Shown: one piece after another, positions 50,398-60,905 of the stretch
How the letters are laid out: each line of letters opens with the position of its first letter
How positions within the stretch are numbered: position 1 is the stretch's first letter
Assembly: GCA_965217185.1 (NCBI GenBank)
Contig: OZ244252.1
Coordinates: 1,152,001-1,216,000 of the forward strand
Reading direction: 5' to 3'
Length of the DNA: 64,000 nt
From: an uncultured Candidatus Entotheonella sp.
GTDB lineage: Bacteria; Tectomicrobia; Entotheonellia; Entotheonellales; Entotheonellaceae
The notes under the pieces: model-generated
Database searches by the model: none
What the model was told of the DNA's origin: nothing
Seen by the model: only the letters and a program-made list of their open reading frames with translations
Program-made: the position numbers and the translations under genes

Positions 50398-51223
50398 AGG
50401 TTCCGTAACTCCTGCGCCGGGCAAAGAAGCGCGTGGCGAAAAGGCAACCGAACGGCACGACAATCAGCAACGTGGCGAGCACCAGGGCGGTAGTCAGATC
50501 CGATTCCATGGCGATATAGATGGCCAACGGCATGGTTTGTGTGCGACCGGTGAGATTTCCGGCAAACATGATCGTGGCGCCGAACTCGCCCAAGGCGCGT
50601 GCCCAAGCCATGACGACGCCGCTCAGCAAGGCCGGGAACGCCAGGGGCACGGTGACGCGAAGGAACGTCCGCGCGGCGGAGTATCCGAGGGTGTAGGCAA
50701 CGCGCTCCAATTCCGGGTCGACGCCGCGAAACCCGGCTTGGGCGGAGCGGACGTACAACGGCATGCTGACAAAACTTTGTGCCAGAACGACCGCCGCCAT
50801 GGTGAATACAACCTGTATGCCCATCGCCTCCAGCCAAGGTCCCAAGAGGCCGCGGCGGCCAAACGTCATCAACAGGGCCACCCCGGCCACGGTGGGCGGC
50901 AGCACCATCGGCAGGTCCAGCAGGGTGTCGAACAACGTGGTCCCAGGGACGCGCCGCCGCGCCAGGGCGTAGGCCAGCGGGGTGCCGAAGGCGACTGTCA
51001 GCACCAGACTGGTCAGTGAGGTGATCAGGCTGGTCCGCAAGGCTTGCGTGACGAACGGCTCTTGCAGGGTATGCCACAGATGACTTTGCGGCAGGACTTT
51101 GAGAAAAATCGCCAGCAGGGGGAGGATCAGAAAAGTGACCGCGACCAAGGCCGGTAGGCGCCATAGGATGCTTCGCCCGGCAAGAGGCCAGGAACGGGAA
51201 TGTCGGCGCCCATGATTTGGCAT
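50390..51223 (-). CDS. modB: Molybdate ABC transporter permease
   Basis: LPMVLPPTVAG, WARALGEFGAT..FAGN. Confidence 0.92.
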   Translation of the reverse strand: MPNHGRRHSRSWPLAGRSILWRLPALVAVTFLILPLLAIFLKVLPQSHLWHTLQEPFVTQALRTSLITSLTSLVLTVAFGTPLAYALARRRVPGTTLFDTLLDLPMVLPPTVAGVALLMTFGRRGLLGPWLEAMGIQVVFTMAAVVLAQSFVSMPLYVRSAQAGFRGVDPELERVAYTLGYSAARTFLRVTVPLAFPALLSGVVMAWARALGEFGATIMFAGNLTGRTQTMPLAIYIAMESDLTTALVLATLLIVVPFGCLFATRFFARRRSYGTYA

Positions 51224-51232
51224 GAGAAAAAC

Positions 51233-52039
51233 TTATTCGGTGACTGGAATGAAGCCGTGAGCTTTCAAAACGGCCTGCCCTGCCGGCGAGAGCACGAAAC
51301 GGATGAAGGCCGCTGCTCCAGAGGGATTGCGTGCTGCCAGCGTTGCCGCGATCGGATAGCTGGCGAGGCGATTGTATGCGCCCGGAATGAGTACGGTGCT
51401 GACGTCCTGCAGGACTTTTTCGGACACGTCCGAAGCGTACACGATGCCGGCATCCGCCTCACCAAGCTGAACTTTGACCAGCACTTGTTTGACGCTTGTT
51501 TCTTCCGAGACCAGGTTGTGCAGCACCCGCACGGAAAAATCTGTTCCATGGTCGGCCTGCGCGGCTTGCAAAACCTCGCGGCTATAGCGGCCGACCGGCA
51601 CCTGCGATCCTGCGAGGGTCAATTTCAGGCCCGGCTTCGCAAGGTCTGCAAAGGAAGTTGCCTGGCTCGGGTTGTCGCGGGGCACGATGATCAGCAAGTT
51701 GTTGCGAACGAAAACCTGGGGCGACCCGTCTATCAGCCCGCGGTCCAGGGCGCGCTGCATTTGTGCGTCGTCCGCGGAGGCGAAAACATCCGCCGTTGCA
51801 CCCTGTTCGAGTTGCGTGCGCAATGTCTGCGAGCCCGTAAAGTTGTACACGATACGCAACCGGGGATGGGCATCCCGAATGCCGCGGGCCATGTCCGTGA
51901 AGGCAGCCGTCAGGGAAGCGGCCGCCATAACGACCACCTCGCCGCTGGGCTGAGATGCGGTGGCGCCGGCTTGGCTGACCAGTCCGGCCCACAAGAACAT
52001 GCCTGACAGAACGGCTGCCACCCTCCCCTGCCACGTCAT
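51233..52039 (-). CDS. modA: Molybdate ABC transporter substrate-binding protein
   Basis: AAASL, GATADVFASA, VPVGRY, GEADAGIVYASD. Confidence 0.92.
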   Translation of the reverse strand: MTWQGRVAAVLSGMFLWAGLVSQAGATASQPSGEVVVMAAASLTAAFTDMARGIRDAHPRLRIVYNFTGSQTLRTQLEQGATADVFASADDAQMQRALDRGLIDGSPQVFVRNNLLIIVPRDNPSQATSFADLAKPGLKLTLAGSQVPVGRYSREVLQAAQADHGTDFSVRVLHNLVSEETSVKQVLVKVQLGEADAGIVYASDVSEKVLQDVSTVLIPGAYNRLASYPIAATLAARNPSGAAAFIRFVLSPAGQAVLKAHGFIPVTE

Positions 52040-52058
52040 CGGCTCGTAACTCGCTGGA

Positions 52059-53195
52059 TTACCATCCGAGGGCATCGGCGAGACGGCGACGATGGTAGCG
52101 GGCGTCCCCGAGAAAGTGGTACAGGGTGCGCGAGCGCTGCGTATGCAGGGTCAGGCCGTACTCGCGCATCACGCCCACGCCGGCGTGAACCTCGTGCCCA
52201 CCGGCGCAGACCTTGAGACATGCCTCGCTTGTTACCGCCTTGGCCAGGTGAACGCTGGACCGCGCGTCGCGTCCGGAATCGAGCTTCCAAAGCGCTTCGT
52301 AAGTCGTCCAACGCGCGGCATCCAGGTGGTTGACGGCGCCGATGATATGGTCCTGGACGCGCTGAAACCGTCCGATCGGCTGCGAAAATTGGTGTCGGGT
52401 CCGGCTGTAGGCTACGGACATGTCCACGACGGCTTGGCAGGAACCTACCTGATAGGCGCAGAGGACGGGAATCGCGCCTATTGACGCGGCTTCGAGGATG
52501 TCCCATCCATTTCCAGGCGTGTCGCCCAGAACGTTTGCGTCCGGCACCCGCACGTTGTCGAAACGGATCTCGTCCACCTGCGACATCCAGCCTGGTAGCG
52601 TTCGGATCGCGACGCCGGGGCCGTCGGCTTCCATCACGAAAAAGGTGATGCCGCTCCCTGGGCCGTTGTCGGGCGGCGCCGTACGGGCGGCGCACAGCAG
52701 GTGCGTTGCCGCCTGGGCGTCGTGCACGAAGAGTTTGGTGCCGTTGAGGATGTAATGGCCCCCCTGCCGGCTGGCCGGCATCTGTACCGTGTCAGGATTC
52801 CAGCCGTACTGGGGCTCGGTAACGGCGACGCTCAGCACTGTCGTTCCTTGCGCGGCGCCCGTCAGCAATTCCTGTTTCTGGGCTTCCGTGCCGCCCAGCA
52901 GGACGATAAGGGTGCCAAGGACGCTCGACGAAAAATGGGGGCCCAGAACGGGGCCGCGTCCCAGTTCCTCGAACAGGACAGCGGTGTCGGTGAGGGAACG
53001 GTCGGTGCCGCCGTAGGATTCAGGGATCAAGATGCCCAGCCAGCCAAGGTCGGCCGCCTGGCGGAAGAGTTCGGGGGTGATGCCCGTGGGGGTTTTTTCC
53101 AAGGCGATCAGCGTATCTTTGTCATATTCCTGCCGCACGAAATCAGCGGCTGCCGTCTTGAGTATCTCTTGGGCTTCCGTCAATCCCAGGTCCAT
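52059..53195 (-). CDS. Acyl-CoA dehydrogenase family protein (beta-type subunit)
   Basis: LNGTKLFV, RHQFSQPIGRFQ, HAGVG. Confidence 0.85.
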   Translation of the reverse strand: MDLGLTEAQEILKTAAADFVRQEYDKDTLIALEKTPTGITPELFRQAADLGWLGILIPESYGGTDRSLTDTAVLFEELGRGPVLGPHFSSSVLGTLIVLLGGTEAQKQELLTGAAQGTTVLSVAVTEPQYGWNPDTVQMPASRQGGHYILNGTKLFVHDAQAATHLLCAARTAPPDNGPGSGITFFVMEADGPGVAIRTLPGWMSQVDEIRFDNVRVPDANVLGDTPGNGWDILEAASIGAIPVLCAYQVGSCQAVVDMSVAYSRTRHQFSQPIGRFQRVQDHIIGAVNHLDAARWTTYEALWKLDSGRDARSSVHLAKAVTSEACLKVCAGGHEVHAGVGVMREYGLTLHTQRSRTLYHFLGDARYHRRRLADALGW

Positions 53196-53235
53196 GCCCG
53201 ACCGTTCCTTTCTTTAACCCCGAGTTCCGGCCCGC

Positions 53236-54468
53236 TCAGCGCAACCGGCCTGCCTGCTCCTTGGCGGTGCGCCCGATGCCGATGCGCCGTGACATGACCA
53301 CTTTCTGTATATCCGTCGTCCCACCAGGGTGCAGGCCGACCACAGCAGCGCGCTGATAGTGTTCCAGCAGACCCTGCAGCGGACCCCACTGCGGATCATT
53401 CGTCATCGCGTAGGGACCGAGGGCGCGCAGCATGGTTTCGGCCATTTCCAGTGCCGTGACCTTGCGGTAGTAGGATCCCTGCGGACCTTCGTAGGACCTG
53501 GGCTTGTGGGCATGGCTAAGCCAGTAGGTGCGCAGGCCGAAGAGGCGGTTGACCTCGCTCTTGAGGTACACGTCGACCATGTCGTCGCGGACGTCCGCAT
53601 TCTGGCTGAGGGTGGCGCCGTTGTGTTTGGTTGTGGTGCAGTACTCGAGGAATTGGTCCACGATGCGGTTGCGGCGAACGATGCCGCCGCCGCCATGCTC
53701 CAGCTCCAGATGCGTGGTGGCCACTTGCCAGCCATTGTTCTCGCCGCCGACCAGATTGAAGGCCGGCACCCGCACGTTGTCGAAAAATATGGTGTGCTTG
53801 AGTCCGGGGGAAGCGCCGCCCTCGCCGCCGGCGGTGAGCAGCTCCATAGGGCGCACCTCGATGCCGGGCAGGTCGTAAGGGATCATCAGCCAGCCGAGGT
53901 TGTGGTGCCGCGGCGCCTCGGGGTCGGTGACCACGATGGTCCACATCATCTCGCAGCCGTACAGACTGCCGATATAGATTTTCTGCCCATTGACTACGTA
54001 TGAATCACCATCGCGTACGGCCCGCGTCTGTACGCCCGCCAGGTCGGAGCCGGCGTTCGGCTCGCTGAGCAATTGCCAGGTGCGCCACTCGCCGCGAAAG
54101 ATCGGCGGCAGAAAGTGCAGCTTTTGCTCCTCCGTGCCCCATACGAAGATGCTGGCGCCGCCCAGGCGGCCGCCGGAGTCGTAATAGGGCGGCAGGTGCA
54201 GGCCGCAGCGGTCCAGTTCCTCTTCCAGGATGATGACGAAATCGACCGACAGGTCGCCGCCGCCGTATACCTGCGGATAGGTGGGATACAGCCAGCCCTT
54301 GGCGCCCAGACGGCGGCCCAGCTCGCGCAGCCTGTGATATTGCTCCAGTGTGAGGTCCGCCGGATCGACCGGTTGCGTCAAGTCCGCCGGGATATTCTCG
54401 CTCAGCCAGCCGCGCACCTCGGCACGGAATGCCTCCTGCTCGGGCGTATACGTCACTTCGAAGTCCAT
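53236..54468 (-). CDS. Acyl-CoA dehydrogenase family protein (alpha-type subunit)
   Basis: SEPNAGSDLA, VNGQKIY, FFDNVRVP, GGT.DIQK. Confidence 0.88.
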   Translation of the reverse strand: MDFEVTYTPEQEAFRAEVRGWLSENIPADLTQPVDPADLTLEQYHRLRELGRRLGAKGWLYPTYPQVYGGGDLSVDFVIILEEELDRCGLHLPPYYDSGGRLGGASIFVWGTEEQKLHFLPPIFRGEWRTWQLLSEPNAGSDLAGVQTRAVRDGDSYVVNGQKIYIGSLYGCEMMWTIVVTDPEAPRHHNLGWLMIPYDLPGIEVRPMELLTAGGEGGASPGLKHTIFFDNVRVPAFNLVGGENNGWQVATTHLELEHGGGGIVRRNRIVDQFLEYCTTTKHNGATLSQNADVRDDMVDVYLKSEVNRLFGLRTYWLSHAHKPRSYEGPQGSYYRKVTALEMAETMLRALGPYAMTNDPQWGPLQGLLEHYQRAAVVGLHPGGTTDIQKVVMSRRIGIGRTAKEQAGRLR

Positions 54469-54664
54469 TTGATGTCTCCACGGGATTTTTAGGCCACGCC
54501 GAAGGCGGGCGTCATCATAGCAGGGTTGGCGAAGGGTAATCCAGCGAGCGGCTTGTTGGCCGGGATGTTCCCAGGCTCCACGTGATTGTCTCGGCAGGTG
54601 GTATATTGAGGTCATTCAACTGAGGCGCAGCGACAAGCCAAGAACACCAACGGGAGGGCCGACC

Positions 54665-56113
54665 ATGCCGGCAAGAACAGGTGGCGAATATATCGCAGGG
54701 CTGCGACAGAATCCGCCGGAGCTCTACCTGCAAGGCGAGCGAGTTGAGGACCCAACGACCCATCCGGGCCTGGGCAACGGGGTGCATACCCTGGCCCGGC
54801 TGTACGACATGCAGCACGACCCGGAATTGCAGGACGCGATGACCTACGCGTCGCCGACTACGGGCGACCGGGTGGGCCTTTCATTTATCACCCCCCGCAG
54901 CATTGAGGACCTTGAGCGGCGGAATACGATGATGACGCACTGGGCGCGCGTCAGTTGCGGCATGATGGGCCGCACGCCGGATTTCCTGAACGTGAGCTTC
55001 ATGGCCATGGCCGCGGCGGGGGAATACTTTGCCCGCAACCGCCCGGAGTTCCAACACAACGTCCGGGCTTATTACGAATACGTCCGTGAGAACGACTTCG
55101 TGCTCACGCACACCCTGATCAATTTGCAGCGCAGCCGCCTGCCCTCCGGCAGCGGGCTGGATGATACGACCGACGTTGCCCTGTCGGTGGTAAAGGAAAC
55201 GGACGCCGGCATCGTCGTCAATGGCGCCCGCGTACTGGCCACCCTGCCAATTGCGGATGAGATCGCCGTTTATCCGGCCCGCTCCCATCGCCTGCCTGCC
55301 GGTGCCCAGGCAAGGACTTCCTTCGCTTTCGCCCTGCCTTGCAACGCACCGGGCCTGAAGTTTCTCTGCCGGGAAAGCTTCGACCTGCAGCGCTCGCGCT
55401 TCGACCACCCCCTGGGCTCGCGTTTCGAGGAGATGGACGCGATCGCGTTCTTTGACAACGTGCTGGTTCCCTGGGAACGGGTGTTCCTGCTGGGCGACGT
55501 GGACCTGTGCAACGAGATGTCCATACAGACCGGCCAGTACGTGCACTCGGGGCACCAGGTGGTCACCAAGAATGTGGTCAAGTGCGAGTTCGTCCTGGGA
55601 TTGGCCAACCTGATGGTGCAGACGCTGGGCTCCGGCCAGTTGCCGCAGGTGCAGCAAATGACGGCCGAGATCATCGAGAACCTGGAGGTGACCAAGGCGT
55701 GCCTGCGCGCTGCCGAGGTGGATGCGGAGATCGACGAATGGGGCGTCATGTCCCCCGCCGAAACGCCCATCATGGTGGCCCGCCAACTGTTCATGCGTAT
55801 GTATCCGAGGATGGCCGAGATCCTGCACCTGCTGGGCTCAAGCAGCCTCATGGCGCTGCCGACCGAGGCCGACCTCGACGGCCCGTTGGCGCCGCAGATT
55901 CATCGGTACCTTGAGACGGATACGGCGTCGGCGGAAGACCGGGTCCGCCTGTTCCGCCTGGCGTGGGATACCTGCTGCAGCGCCTTTGCGTCTCGCCAAG
56001 TCTTGTATGAGCGCTTCTTCCAGGGCGATCAGGTGCGCAACGCGTTCCTGCTGAACGCGCTGTACGACAAACAGCCGATGACTGACCGGGTGCGGGCCTT
56101 TCTGGAGGAATGA
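54665..56113 (+). CDS. hpaB: 4-hydroxyphenylacetate 3-monooxygenase oxygenase component
   Basis: MMGRTPDF, DHPLGSRFEEMDA..FD.V.VPWERVF, RQVLYERFF. Confidence 0.88.
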   Translation: MPARTGGEYIAGLRQNPPELYLQGERVEDPTTHPGLGNGVHTLARLYDMQHDPELQDAMTYASPTTGDRVGLSFITPRSIEDLERRNTMMTHWARVSCGMMGRTPDFLNVSFMAMAAAGEYFARNRPEFQHNVRAYYEYVRENDFVLTHTLINLQRSRLPSGSGLDDTTDVALSVVKETDAGIVVNGARVLATLPIADEIAVYPARSHRLPAGAQARTSFAFALPCNAPGLKFLCRESFDLQRSRFDHPLGSRFEEMDAIAFFDNVLVPWERVFLLGDVDLCNEMSIQTGQYVHSGHQVVTKNVVKCEFVLGLANLMVQTLGSGQLPQVQQMTAEIIENLEVTKACLRAAEVDAEIDEWGVMSPAETPIMVARQLFMRMYPRMAEILHLLGSSSLMALPTEADLDGPLAPQIHRYLETDTASAEDRVRLFRLAWDTCCSAFASRQVLYERFFQGDQVRNAFLLNALYDKQPMTDRVRAFLEE

Positions 56114-56369
56114 CGGGTGTTTATTTGTCGATTGCCTTTCATGGGCCCGTGCCGGTTTCCCCCTGATTTTGCTTGCTATGCGTGGATATATTCACTAGAG
56201 TAACGCAACCGTTTTTCCTACTGTGACCCCTTGCCTGCAAGAGGCTAACAACCTGCTCTGGACGTCCGGTAAACCATGCCGACAAAGCAGGGGATAGTTG
56301 TTACATCGTGCCTGGGGAGATATCGCAGGGGGTACTGCTACTCTGCTGAGGCATACTCGGGGTGAGGAT

Positions 56370-57041
56370 ATGTTCGTGAACCGTTCCAGACGATGCGGGC
56401 CTCTGCTTCTCATGGCCGTGCTATCCGTTTGCGGCGTTTTGGCCGCCATGTCCCTGTTCGACGTGCGGACGGCGGTCGCCGCCGAGAGTGAGAAGCTGAT
56501 CAAATATCTTGGTCACCTGGAAAACAAACGCTGTCACAATTGCCACGAAGAACAATACGTCTCGTGGAAGAAGACCAAGCACGCCGACGCCATGGAATCC
56601 CTGGAGCCGGGGACGGACGTGGGGGCCAAAAAGAAGGCCAAGCTCGACCCGACGAAGGACTACACGGAGGACCCGAAGTGCGTGAAGTGCCACGTCACCG
56701 GCTGGGAGAAAGGCGGCTACGTCATCGGCAAGATGCGCAAGATGAGAAAGCTGGGCGGCGTGGGGTGCGAGACGTGCCACGGCCCCGCCGGCGATTATCA
56801 GCCCGTGAAGGATAGCTATTCGGAAGACGACTGGCCGCGCGAAGAGGTCATTGCTGCGGGCATGAAGTACAGCGAACTCGAGACCTGCACGTATTGCCAC
56901 AATACGGACCCGGACAACCCGTTCCCGGAGCCGGACTTTGCGGACGACGCCTATTGGGAAGGTCTTGAAGAAGCCCATAAACACGTGCCGCTCAAAAAGC
57001 ACGAGATTCGCCCGGACAGCGAGTGGTTGTACGAGGAATAG
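56370..57041 (+). CDS. Periplasmic tetraheme cytochrome c (c554-like)
   Basis: Signal peptide; CHNCH, CVKCH, CETCH, CTYCH. Confidence 0.9.
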   Translation: MFVNRSRRCGPLLLMAVLSVCGVLAAMSLFDVRTAVAAESEKLIKYLGHLENKRCHNCHEEQYVSWKKTKHADAMESLEPGTDVGAKKKAKLDPTKDYTEDPKCVKCHVTGWEKGGYVIGKMRKMRKLGGVGCETCHGPAGDYQPVKDSYSEDDWPREEVIAAGMKYSELETCTYCHNTDPDNPFPEPDFADDAYWEGLEEAHKHVPLKKHEIRPDSEWLYEE

Positions 57042-57080
57042 GCCGGCGGTGATTGGCATTCTGTTTTCAGGGGGAGCAAC

Positions 57081-58052
57081 ATGAAATGGCTTGGCTTTTG
57101 GAAAACACGCCGGAAACCGCGTCGTAAGGAACGGCTCTTATCCCGGCGCAGCCTGTTACGCAGGGGCGGCTGGCTGGGGTCATTGGGCATGCTGCTTGGC
57201 GGCGGTTTGGCCGGTGGCGCGCGGGCGGCCACCGATGAGGGCAGCGCCTTCTCGGACGGCATCGGGGACTTTTTTCAGAAGCAATACCAGGAAATGACCA
57301 AGGACGAGATTCAGGGGGCGATCGGCCGTATCGAACGCAAGGCAAAGCGGCGCTATGACGTGGATATCAAGGTGGGTGACGCGCCGCCGCCGCCCGGCGT
57401 GGTGTTCGGGTTTGCGCTCAATTTGTCGCGCTGCACCGGGGTGCGGGAATGCGTGGAGGCGTGCGTGCAGGAAAACAATCTGAGCCGCTCGCCGCAGGTG
57501 CAATACATTCGCGTGGTGGAATTGAAGAAGGGCTCCTTGGACCTCCACGAATCCAACCATTATTACGACACCGAAAAGGTGCCCCTGCCCGACAAAATTT
57601 ACATGCCCATGCAGTGCGTGCAGTGCAACAACCCGCCTTGCGTGAAGGCATGCCCCGTAGACGCGACATGGCTGGAGCCGGACGGCATTGTGGTGACGGA
57701 CTATGACTGGTGCATCGGGACGCGCGCCTGCATGGCGGCCTGCCCGTATTCGGCGCGGCGTTTCAACTGGGCTGACCCGGTCATCCCGAAGGACGAGATC
57801 AACACCGACACCCATTTTCTGGGCAACCGGCCCAGGGAACGCGGCGTCGTGGAAAAGTGCACCAACTGCATTCAACGGTCGCGCAATGGCCGCAATCCGG
57901 CCTGCGTGGAGGCCTGCCCCACCGGCGCGCGGGTGTTTGGCAATCTGCTCGATCCCACCAGTGAGATTCGCTACGTCCTTGACAACAAGCGCGTGTTCCG
58001 TCTGAAAGAGGAAGCCGGCTGCGATCCCAAGTTCTGGTATTACTTTGATTGA
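57081..58052 (+). CDS. Tat-exported Fe-S protein (NrfC/DsrO/PsrB family)
   Basis: SRRSLL; CVQCNNPPCVKACP, EKCTNC..PACVEACP. Confidence 0.9.
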   Translation: MKWLGFWKTRRKPRRKERLLSRRSLLRRGGWLGSLGMLLGGGLAGGARAATDEGSAFSDGIGDFFQKQYQEMTKDEIQGAIGRIERKAKRRYDVDIKVGDAPPPPGVVFGFALNLSRCTGVRECVEACVQENNLSRSPQVQYIRVVELKKGSLDLHESNHYYDTEKVPLPDKIYMPMQCVQCNNPPCVKACPVDATWLEPDGIVVTDYDWCIGTRACMAACPYSARRFNWADPVIPKDEINTDTHFLGNRPRERGVVEKCTNCIQRSRNGRNPACVEACPTGARVFGNLLDPTSEIRYVLDNKRVFRLKEEAGCDPKFWYYFD

Positions 58053-58106
58053 GCCATACCATCCGACCGTAACGGCAACCCACGAACGATAAAGAGTCAT
58101 CAGGTT

Positions 58107-59318
58107 ATGCGGGCATTCGGGAGCTTTTGCTTCGACTGTGTGAAGTTGGCGCTTCGCGGCAAGTGGTATTACTGGCTTTGGCTGGTGGTGCTGCTGGCGG
58201 GCGTCGGGGTGGGCGTCAAGTACTACGGCGGCCAACTTACCGAAGGCATGGTTGTCACGCACCTGAGCGACCAGGTAAATTGGGGACTCTACATTGCCAA
58301 TTTCATCTTCATGGGCGGGATCGCCGCCGCGTCGATCGTGCTGGTCATCGCCGCCATCCTCTATGAGCGCGAGGACGTCAGTCAGGCGGCGTTAATGGGC
58401 GTTGCGGTGGCGTTGTCGGCGGTGATCATGAGCTCGCTCTACATCCTCGTCGACCTCGGCAGGCCGGACCGCCTCTGGCACATGATTCCGTTTATCGGCA
58501 GGTACAATTTCCCCTACTCCCTGCTGTCGTGGGACGCTTTGGTGCTGAACGTCTACCTGCTGTTCACGCTATGGCTGGCCGGCACCATGTTGTTCAGGAA
58601 TTACCGCTGGCATGATCAGACGGCTCCAATTATGCGGCGGTGGGTAGGTGTTGCGGCCATGGCGTTTGTCATAGGGATGGTAACGGTCGAGGCGTTCCTG
58701 CTGTCCGGGTACGAGGCGCGTCCGTTTTGGAATACGGCTGTCCTGGCGCCTCGCTTCCTGGCAGCCGCTTTCGTTTCGGGGCCAGCCGTCATCATTCTGG
58801 TGCTCCAGGTGGTGGGCTGGTTCGACAAACAACGAGCGGCGGCACCGGCGATTGACTTGCTCGCAACCATTATGCAGGCAGCGTTGCTGTTCAATCTCTT
58901 TCTCGTCGGCGTAGAAATGTTTACCCACTTTTACACGCAGGGTGAGCATGCCATATCCGCGAATTATCTCTACTTCGGGCTGAAGGGATTTGGCCGGCTC
59001 GTGCCGTGGATTTGGATTGCGCACGGCTTAGGCGTGGCTGCCGTCTGCCTCGTTTTGGTGCGGGCGTTGCGTCAGCGGCGGGTGCTTTTGAATATCGCGT
59101 GCCTGCTGGCAATTGCTGAAATTTGGATTGAGAAGACGATGGGCCTGGTCATTCCCGGATTTATCCCCACCTCCATGGGCGAGGTTTTCGAATACATGCC
59201 GGCCGATGCCGAGATATTCATTTCCGTCGGGGTCTTATGCATCGGATTGCTGGTGTTCACGGTTCTGGCCAAAATCGCCCTGCCCATTGTGCTTGGCCGC
59301 GTGAGATATTCAACCTGA
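58107..59318 (+). CDS. NrfD/PsrC/DsrP-family membrane quinol-interacting subunit
   Basis: WGLYIANF, DLGRPDR, RPFWN, PRFLA; about 10 TM helices. Confidence 0.9.
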   Translation: MRAFGSFCFDCVKLALRGKWYYWLWLVVLLAGVGVGVKYYGGQLTEGMVVTHLSDQVNWGLYIANFIFMGGIAAASIVLVIAAILYEREDVSQAALMGVAVALSAVIMSSLYILVDLGRPDRLWHMIPFIGRYNFPYSLLSWDALVLNVYLLFTLWLAGTMLFRNYRWHDQTAPIMRRWVGVAAMAFVIGMVTVEAFLLSGYEARPFWNTAVLAPRFLAAAFVSGPAVIILVLQVVGWFDKQRAAAPAIDLLATIMQAALLFNLFLVGVEMFTHFYTQGEHAISANYLYFGLKGFGRLVPWIWIAHGLGVAAVCLVLVRALRQRRVLLNIACLLAIAEIWIEKTMGLVIPGFIPTSMGEVFEYMPADAEIFISVGVLCIGLLVFTVLAKIALPIVLGRVRYST

Positions 59319-59330
59319 AACCCCGGGGCC

Positions 59331-59807
59331 TCATTTTTGGCGCGCCTCCCGCGTCCCCTTGAGGCTGAACACGTAGGCGACCACCTGCAAGAGCCTCCTC
59401 CTGCCTAAGGCGTAACCCCATGGCCCCATGGGGGTTCCCTTCACGCCGTTGGTTACGACCTTGACCAAGTCCTCGTACCTGTCGCCGTGAATCTGCTCGT
59501 TGTCGCTGAAATCGGGACACTGTGCGCCGGTGCCATTGCGGCCGTGACAACCCCAGCAGTAGGTGTGGAAGGTGCGCTTGCCGAGCGCGATGGCTTCGGC
59601 ATCCCCCTCCAGGCTGTCGGGGATACGTTGGGCAAGGGCCGATACCTCTCCCTTGTCCGGCGCCTTCCTCTGTGCGGAATCCGTTGCCCAGACTTCAGTT
59701 GGTGCCCTGGAGAGGTCGAATTTCAAAGGCATTGTGGCCGCCAAGAGGGCGCCCATGGTTATGGCCGAGACGACAGAACCGGATCCGTAAATCAAACGCC
59801 GCATCAC
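59331..59807 (-). CDS. Monoheme cytochrome c
   Basis: CWGCH, distal PM. Confidence 0.85.
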   Translation of the reverse strand: MMRRLIYGSGSVVSAITMGALLAATMPLKFDLSRAPTEVWATDSAQRKAPDKGEVSALAQRIPDSLEGDAEAIALGKRTFHTYCWGCHGRNGTGAQCPDFSDNEQIHGDRYEDLVKVVTNGVKGTPMGPWGYALGRRRLLQVVAYVFSLKGTREARQK

Positions 59808-60092
59808 GTTACCTTATGAGTATTGGATAGAGTCGCAGGTGCTGGTATTCAGAGCTATGGCACATGACAGAGGAAGCGTAATGCTATGTGCAGCTTGGTC
59901 TTTTCGCAACCAATTGTACCTGGACCGAATTGATTAATGGGCATGGTTTCCGCCGTTTTTGCCTTGCGATTGCAAGGGCGTTCCATTACAGTGCCGGAAC
60001 TTTAGGGAGCCCTGCAGATAACTCGCCCTGGCAGCATGCCTAGATCATAAATTGCCCAGGGCCAACCATAATCCTACGACCCGAAGCGCCCC

Positions 60093-60845
60093 ATGGATGT
60101 CCGACACATCTCCTGGTTGTATCTGACTGCTTTGTTCGTTCTCTGTGGCGCAGTTTATCTCACCGCTGGATACCTGGGCTCGATATCGCTGCCGGCATTT
60201 GCAGAGGACAGGGAGCCAGCGTCGGCCGTTGCCGACCAGCCGTCCGAAATGACCCCTTCGGCTGCCGAGGTTTGGGACAGCGTGGATACAACCGGTGTAG
60301 AGGAAGAGTTGGTCGAGACAGTTTACGATGCGGACAAGGGCGCTTGGGTGATTGTCGGGGAGCGAGGGTTCGGTGTCCGTATGTACGGGGCGCCTAAATT
60401 TCAAGTTCCCATGCGCAAGTGGGAAGATATCCCTATGTTTCCCTGTTCTGACTGCCACAAGAAAATGGAAGTCAATTACACGCCTCGAGAGCTCAAGAAG
60501 AAACACGCTGACTTGGTTGTCGATCACGGCAATGATCGTTTCTGGTGCACGGCTTGCCACGACGGCAAAGGGATGGATTTTCTGGCGTCCAAGGACGGCA
60601 GACGTATTGATATGGACCACGGATATCTGCACTGTGGTGAGTGCCATTTCAAGGCTCACAAGGATTGGGAGTACGGGGTTCATGGCCTGCGCATCGGAAT
60701 GTGGCGGGGAACCCGCGTGCTCCGCACCTGTACGGAGTGTCATGACGCCCACCAGCCTCAAATTGCTCTTGAAGCCCCGATACCGGCACCCGAGGTGCGG
60801 GGAAACTTGCAACAGTTCGCCGACCCGGTTACGGCTCTTGATTAA
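60093..60845 (+). CDS. Tetraheme cytochrome c with N-terminal anchor
   Basis: CSDCH, CTACH, CGECH, CTECH. Confidence 0.9.
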   Translation: MDVRHISWLYLTALFVLCGAVYLTAGYLGSISLPAFAEDREPASAVADQPSEMTPSAAEVWDSVDTTGVEEELVETVYDADKGAWVIVGERGFGVRMYGAPKFQVPMRKWEDIPMFPCSDCHKKMEVNYTPRELKKKHADLVVDHGNDRFWCTACHDGKGMDFLASKDGRRIDMDHGYLHCGECHFKAHKDWEYGVHGLRIGMWRGTRVLRTCTECHDAHQPQIALEAPIPAPEVRGNLQQFADPVTALD

Positions 60846-60905
60846 TCGTGAGGGCGTTGCGGACCGGTGAGTGTGAGCCCGAATACGGGTCAATGGAATT
60901 GTCCT

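Noticed and set aside
59930..59955. Possible FNR or sigma54 site between the divergent cytochrome genes
   Set aside because: Only half-matches (TTGAT; GG-N10-GC), which are expected by chance.
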